A stretch of DNA of 64,000 nt from Octopus vulgaris (lineage: Eukaryota): positions 52,762,001 through 52,826,000 of the forward strand of contig OX597814.1 in the NCBI GenBank assembly GCA_951406725.2, written 5' to 3'. The notes under the pieces are model-generated. The model was not told the origin of the DNA. It saw only the letters and a program-made list of their open reading frames with translations, and did no database searches. Numbering within the stretch: position 1 is the first letter of the stretch; each line of letters begins with the position of its first letter. Both the position numbers and the translations under genes were made by a program. Shown here in pieces: positions 60,754 to 64,000 of this stretch.

Positions 60754-62994
60754 AGTCACTGCTTGGAATCTAACTTGGAATCTTGGGTTTAGTAGCCTGT
60801 GCTTTTAACCACTAAACCATATGCCCGTGGGCAATTATGGAGTGAATTTTAGGGCTTATAAATCTAATATTTTCCTATCCTTCCTTAATACAGGTTCCCA
60901 TATGCTACTCATATCTGCTTAGGAGGTTGTTGTGTCCTAGCATATGTGCTGCTTCTTTTAGTTTTTGTATTTTCCAGTGGTGTTCTCTGTTTATTATTTT
61001 AACTTCATCCCACAAGGGGAGATGGTCTCCATTTTTCCATACATGATCAGCTATACCTGATTTATCAATATCTTCTCATGTCACAGCTTTGTGATGTTTG
61101 TCTACCCTTATTTTGAGGGGATGGCATGTTTCACCTTTGTATAAGCTACCACAGCTGCATGGGATGGAGTACATGCAGTCTTTGATAGCTATTGATAAAT
61201 TGGGTATAGCTGATCATGTATGGAAAATGGAGACTATCTCCACCTGTGGAATGAAGTTAAAATAATAGACAGAGAACACCACAGGAAAATACGAAAACTA
61301 AAAGAAGCAGCACATATGCTCAGACACAACAACCTCCTAAGCAGACTGTGTGCAGATATGAACAGCATATGGGAACCGGTATTAAGGAAGGATAAAAGAA
61401 TATTAGATTTATATGCCCTGGAATTCACTCCATAATTGCCCATGGGCATATGGCGTTAAGAGTGTGGGCTACTAACCCCAAGATTCTGAGTCCAATTCTA
61501 AGCAGTGACCTGAATAATGATAATAACATCGAAAAATACCTTAGGAATGAGAACCCAGGTTCGAAATTTCCCCAAAACACCTGATGAAGGCTGGAGGGTA
61601 TATCAGCTGAAATGTTGTGTTAACGACAAACAAGATGAGGACAAATACCCATCAAATATAAATAATGTATAAAATTTAGGTCACCTCTTTTGTTCAAGAA
61701 TTAGAATCTTTACAATTCTTAGTTATAGTTCTTACAATTTTTGTACACAGTATTTTGAATCTTCTATAGCATCCTATTTTGGAATTTCATATCCTCAACA
61801 TAGCTACAAATGTGTTGGAGAGTTTGAGCTTCCTGTTTCAGAGCTTTGGACTATTCTACCCCTTTTGTTTACTAAACTTTAAAAAGTTCAGCTGTTGCTG
61901 GCATCACCACCATTGCCATTTCTAAACCAAAACCAACATACTAACACTCAAACCTGATGAAGAAGCCAATATATAATCTCTCAACCTGTCACAAATAGCC
62001 AAATTCCCTCTAATTAATCCTTGTCTTCCAGGAAGAATACACTGGAATACATGTAGTTATAGATAGACAAAATGACGGCATGGTCATAGCTGGAATGCCT
62101 TTTTTATCACTTAGTTTAAAGTAAAACAGGCAATTTAAGAATGATGAGAGAAAAAGAGGAATTTATCCTTAAATCAAGAGGTCTGGTTTAAATACTTGGT
62201 TGCATTTAGTAGAATGAACCCTACTTTGGTTCTCAAGGACCAGGTGCTGGTTTTAAACTGGGTAACAGGTTAAACCTATTATCCAAGAACTCAGAATACA
62301 AAGAGCTGAAACAGATACTACAAGGTATCTTGTTCAACATGCTATGAATTTTCCCAATCCACTGCCTTGGACTGGTATTTTATTTTATTAACTCTGAAAG
62401 GAAGAAAGATACACTGAATACTGCTGAATCAAGGTTTTAAACCAGTGGTTTGCAACTGGATTCCATATGACCTTTGGGGGTCTATACAAGATTTCATTGT
62501 TAAAAATTATGTGCAATAAATTGGTTATACTTTTACAGTACATGAAATATTTCAGCCATTTCTTTTTGTACAATGCCTAATAATATATAATTATAAAAAA
62601 ATAATAGGATTTTAAAAACATTGCATGGCTATGAGGGTCCACCCAAGTAAAATATGGATAAAAGGGGCCCATAGGTAAAAATGGCTGAGAACCATTGTTC
62701 TAAACAACATTTATTTTACAATGGTTGGAAATATTCTGATGTGTAGATACATCCCTGCTTTGTCAGCCTAGAGAAACAAATAGTAAAGTAATGATGATGA
62801 TTATAATGGCAAAAGCTGGATTAATATACAGCATGGGCCAAAAGTCATGCACAAAATATGTTCAATACGTTCCAGAATTGTTAAAAGGCATGCTTCTATT
62901 TTTCTAAAATTGAATAAAATAAATAAAATGATGATGACTACACACCTACTTGTACATGATAAACTAAATGAACAACAACAACAACAACAACAAC

Positions 62995-63050
<56 letters not shown>

Positions 63051-63872
63051 TAAAACATCAAATGTTTTGGTGTGTGGCTTCTGACTCTCCCTGTACTATA
63101 GAACTTAAAAAATACTGCAGCAAAATAAAAACAACAAAACAAAGTAAAATAATAGAAGTTGAATAAATCTACTCCTCCGTTCATAAATATATCAGAACCA
63201 ATTGTATCATAGGCTGAGGGAAACCTGCTGCTGGTAATCATGTAATCCAGTACCACTTGCTCCAAGACAAGTAGTTGGTGATTAAACTGGACTCCTACTA
63301 GGCCTGCCCAGTAAGTAGGGAGTGTGGAACTTTAGCAGAATAAAAACAAAACCTGTTAAAAGTAATGAACTCCTTGAGAGCCAATGACACCCCTTTCTTG
63401 AGGAGGAAATGGGTGCTACCAGGTTTACCAAGCCCAATGAGAATCATCATCATCATCATCATCATCGTTTAACGTCCGCTTTCCATGCTAGCATGGGTTG
63501 GACGGTTCAACTGGGGTCTGGGAAGCCCGAAGGCTGCACCAGGCCAGTCAGATGTGGCAGTGTTTCTGGAAGTGACAACTTCTATACTGGGTTGATTGAA
63601 AGCCCAGGAGTGAAGAAGATTGGTAAAAAAAAAATTTAGGTACCATAATAACAGAAATGCTATGTGAATGATTTTAGTTTTCATCAATATGAGTTGACTT
63701 ACTTTTATCAGTGGAATCCTTAGGGAATTTTGTTGTAATTTGTTGTAATTTTCAAAAGTACTGTATGTGACATATGACTGAGTGCTACCAGTAGTATATA
63801 AAAGAAAAAGCAGTTCCTTTTTGAATACAATTTTTGGTTGATCTCTGAAACGAGCATCACTAATCCAAATAC
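45312..63872 (-). CDS. TMEM231: Transmembrane protein 231 (ciliary transition zone, MKS module), exons 2-7; exon 1 outside the window
   Basis: Six phase-compatible exons (170, 129, 144, 82, 106, 172 nt) whose translations follow the recalled human TMEM231 order, e.g. EEDINGDGKLD~EEDRNQDGKTD, MNSMAY~MQSMAF, YHERNVTT~YQERNVTT, WVQYVSLL~WVQYVSIL. Confidence 0.93.
45647..46130 (-). mobile_element. Two adjacent SINEs with a Meta-domain-like core
   Basis: Head GGCGGCGAGCTGGCAGAA...GAGTTCAAATTCC, core GTCGACTTTGCCTTTCATCCTT; further copies at ~21530-21705 and 48350-48520. Confidence 0.75.
46500..47100 (-). mobile_element. RTE-type LINE C-terminal relic
   Basis: GWHKWRGGQLKTWLTTVKADM...ELATDRHAW. 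Confidence 0.65.
47204..47432. mobile_element. Tc1/mariner MITE
   Basis: TIRs CAGGGTGTCCCAAAAGTCACTGAT / ATCAGTGACTTTTGGGACACCCTG with TA TSD. Confidence 0.92.
47488..47701. mobile_element. TTAA-flanked piggyBac-type MITE
   Basis: TTAA|CCCATTAGCATTCAAA...TTTGAATGCTAAAGGG|TTAA. Confidence 0.85.
49760..49910 (+). mobile_element. Truncated tRNA-head/hammerhead PLE unit
   Basis: GAGTTCAATTCCAGGTAGTGACCTGA(AAT)n...ATGAAGGCTGGAGGGTATATCAACC. Confidence 0.75.
50063..51336 (+). mobile_element. Full-length but decayed mariner element
   Basis: ~28-bp TIRs (AGGTGCATTCCAGAAGTTTTGAGACT / AGTTTCAAAAATTCTAGAATGCACCT); fragments YAIKFCVK, AKFAPRVL and HPLYSLDLVP. Confidence 0.85.
51646..51751 (-). CDS. 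TMEM231: TMEM231 exon 6 (VTTKLIEPYYAWTIGRGAKMPFIISVNIKYPWQEF)
   Basis: 106 nt, ttccag acceptor, U12-type donor GTATCCTTTT. Confidence 0.92.
53514..53595 (-). CDS. TMEM231: TMEM231 exon 5 (TSIIDSDSVYASAYDLSNILKKYHERN)
   Basis: 82 nt, ttccag / gtatgt. Confidence 0.92.
53727..53918 (-). mobile_element. SINE 3' part with (GAT)n tail
   Basis: Reverse complement of 42662-42822. Confidence 0.8.
55060..56990 (-). mobile_element. Decayed CRE-clade non-LTR retrotransposon (RT + restriction-like endonuclease)
   Basis: Minus fragments GVQQDDLHGPLLF, VWYLDDVTLAG, QQAKLPVKFSGLG, HATLN and LHGNAFAV. Confidence 0.75.
57044..57255 (+). mobile_element. SINE 3' part with (GAC)/(GAT)n tail
   Basis: Same family as 42662-42822. 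Confidence 0.8.
57387..57505. repeat. AT-rich palindrome centred on (TA)n
   Basis: 29-bp perfect arms TATACATAACACATAATATATTTATTGTA / TACAATAAATATATTATGTGTTATGTATA. Confidence 0.9.
58925..59068 (-). CDS. TMEM231: TMEM231 exon 4 (KHGSITMNSMAYIHHSSVIPGAKINVYGTL...IRFN)
   Basis: 144 nt, ttgcag / gtaagt. Confidence 0.92.
59713..59925. mobile_element. TTAA-flanked piggyBac-type MITE
   Basis: Homologous to 10206-10422. Confidence 0.8.
60260..60388 (-). CDS. TMEM231: TMEM231 exon 3 (SVEEDINGDGKLDNLQLTLEVPL...FHYELH)
   Basis: 129 nt, ttgcag / gtaagt. Confidence 0.92.
60505..61668. mobile_element. Inverted pair of 5'-truncated PLE units (GIY-YIG tail, tRNA-like head, hammerhead)
   Basis: Minus copy 61180->60505 and plus copy 61190->61668; same family as 1-1322. 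Confidence 0.88.
61577..61620 (+). ncRNA. Minimal type I hammerhead ribozyme with both core boxes intact
   Basis: ACAC-CTGATGA-A-GGCTG-GAGGGTATAT-CAGCT-GAAAT-GTT-GTGT. Confidence 0.75.
62443..62697. mobile_element. hAT-family MITE related to 19902-20190
   Basis: Degenerate TIRs CAGTGGTTTGCAA / CTGAGAACCATTG; TSD TTTTAAAC / TTCTAAAC. Confidence 0.8.
63443..63567 (-). mobile_element. SINE 3' part with (GAT)n tail
   Basis: Same family as 42662-42822. Confidence 0.75.
63703..63872 (-). CDS. TMEM231: TMEM231 exon 2 (IWISDARFRDQPKIVFKKELL...LRIPLIK)
   Basis: 170 nt, tctcag / gtaagt. Confidence 0.92.
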
Positions 63873-64000
63873 CTGAGAAAAATACAGAATAAAAACAAAA
63901 TAAATGCTCAAAATAGCTCATTTAACGAATGTACTGTCTTTAAACAAAGTGTCCTATGTATTTTTTGGTGCCTATAATAATTTGATATGATTATTGTGAT

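Noticed and set aside
62801-63265. 154-aa ORF with poly-Leu/Cys
   Set aside because: Translation of the (ATT)n/(GTT)n microsatellite.

Overview
AT-rich, intron-containing animal DNA. The SINE families, long (TA)n/(AAT)n tracts and Penelope repeats point to a coleoid cephalopod, most likely Octopus (inference). Three genes were assembled by hand from splice sites and recalled homology: (1) the last coding exon of an ANKRD45-like gene (+, 2434-2592); (2) a complete 14-exon mitochondrial dihydrolipoamide dehydrogenase gene, DLD (-, 33558->9837, 1524 nt, 507 aa); (3) exons 2-7 of the ciliary transition-zone gene TMEM231 (-, 63872->45312; exon 1 is outside the window). The rest is mostly transposons: a young 5'-truncated CR1-type LINE, RTE/CRE/Gypsy/mariner relics, hAT/Tc1/piggyBac-type MITEs, several SINE families and Penelope-like elements (PLEs). 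Main highlights: (a) a U12-type intron in TMEM231 that appears to end in TG rather than AG/AC; (b) a decayed Naiad-type PLE with TGA at two conserved Cys positions of its endonuclease plus a possible SECIS relic, i.e. a candidate selenoprotein-encoding retroelement; (c) a family of short PLE-derived units joining a tRNA-like Pol III head to a minimal hammerhead ribozyme, mostly disabled by CpG decay. Comparisons to human proteins are from memory, and transposon boundaries are approximate unless TSDs are given.
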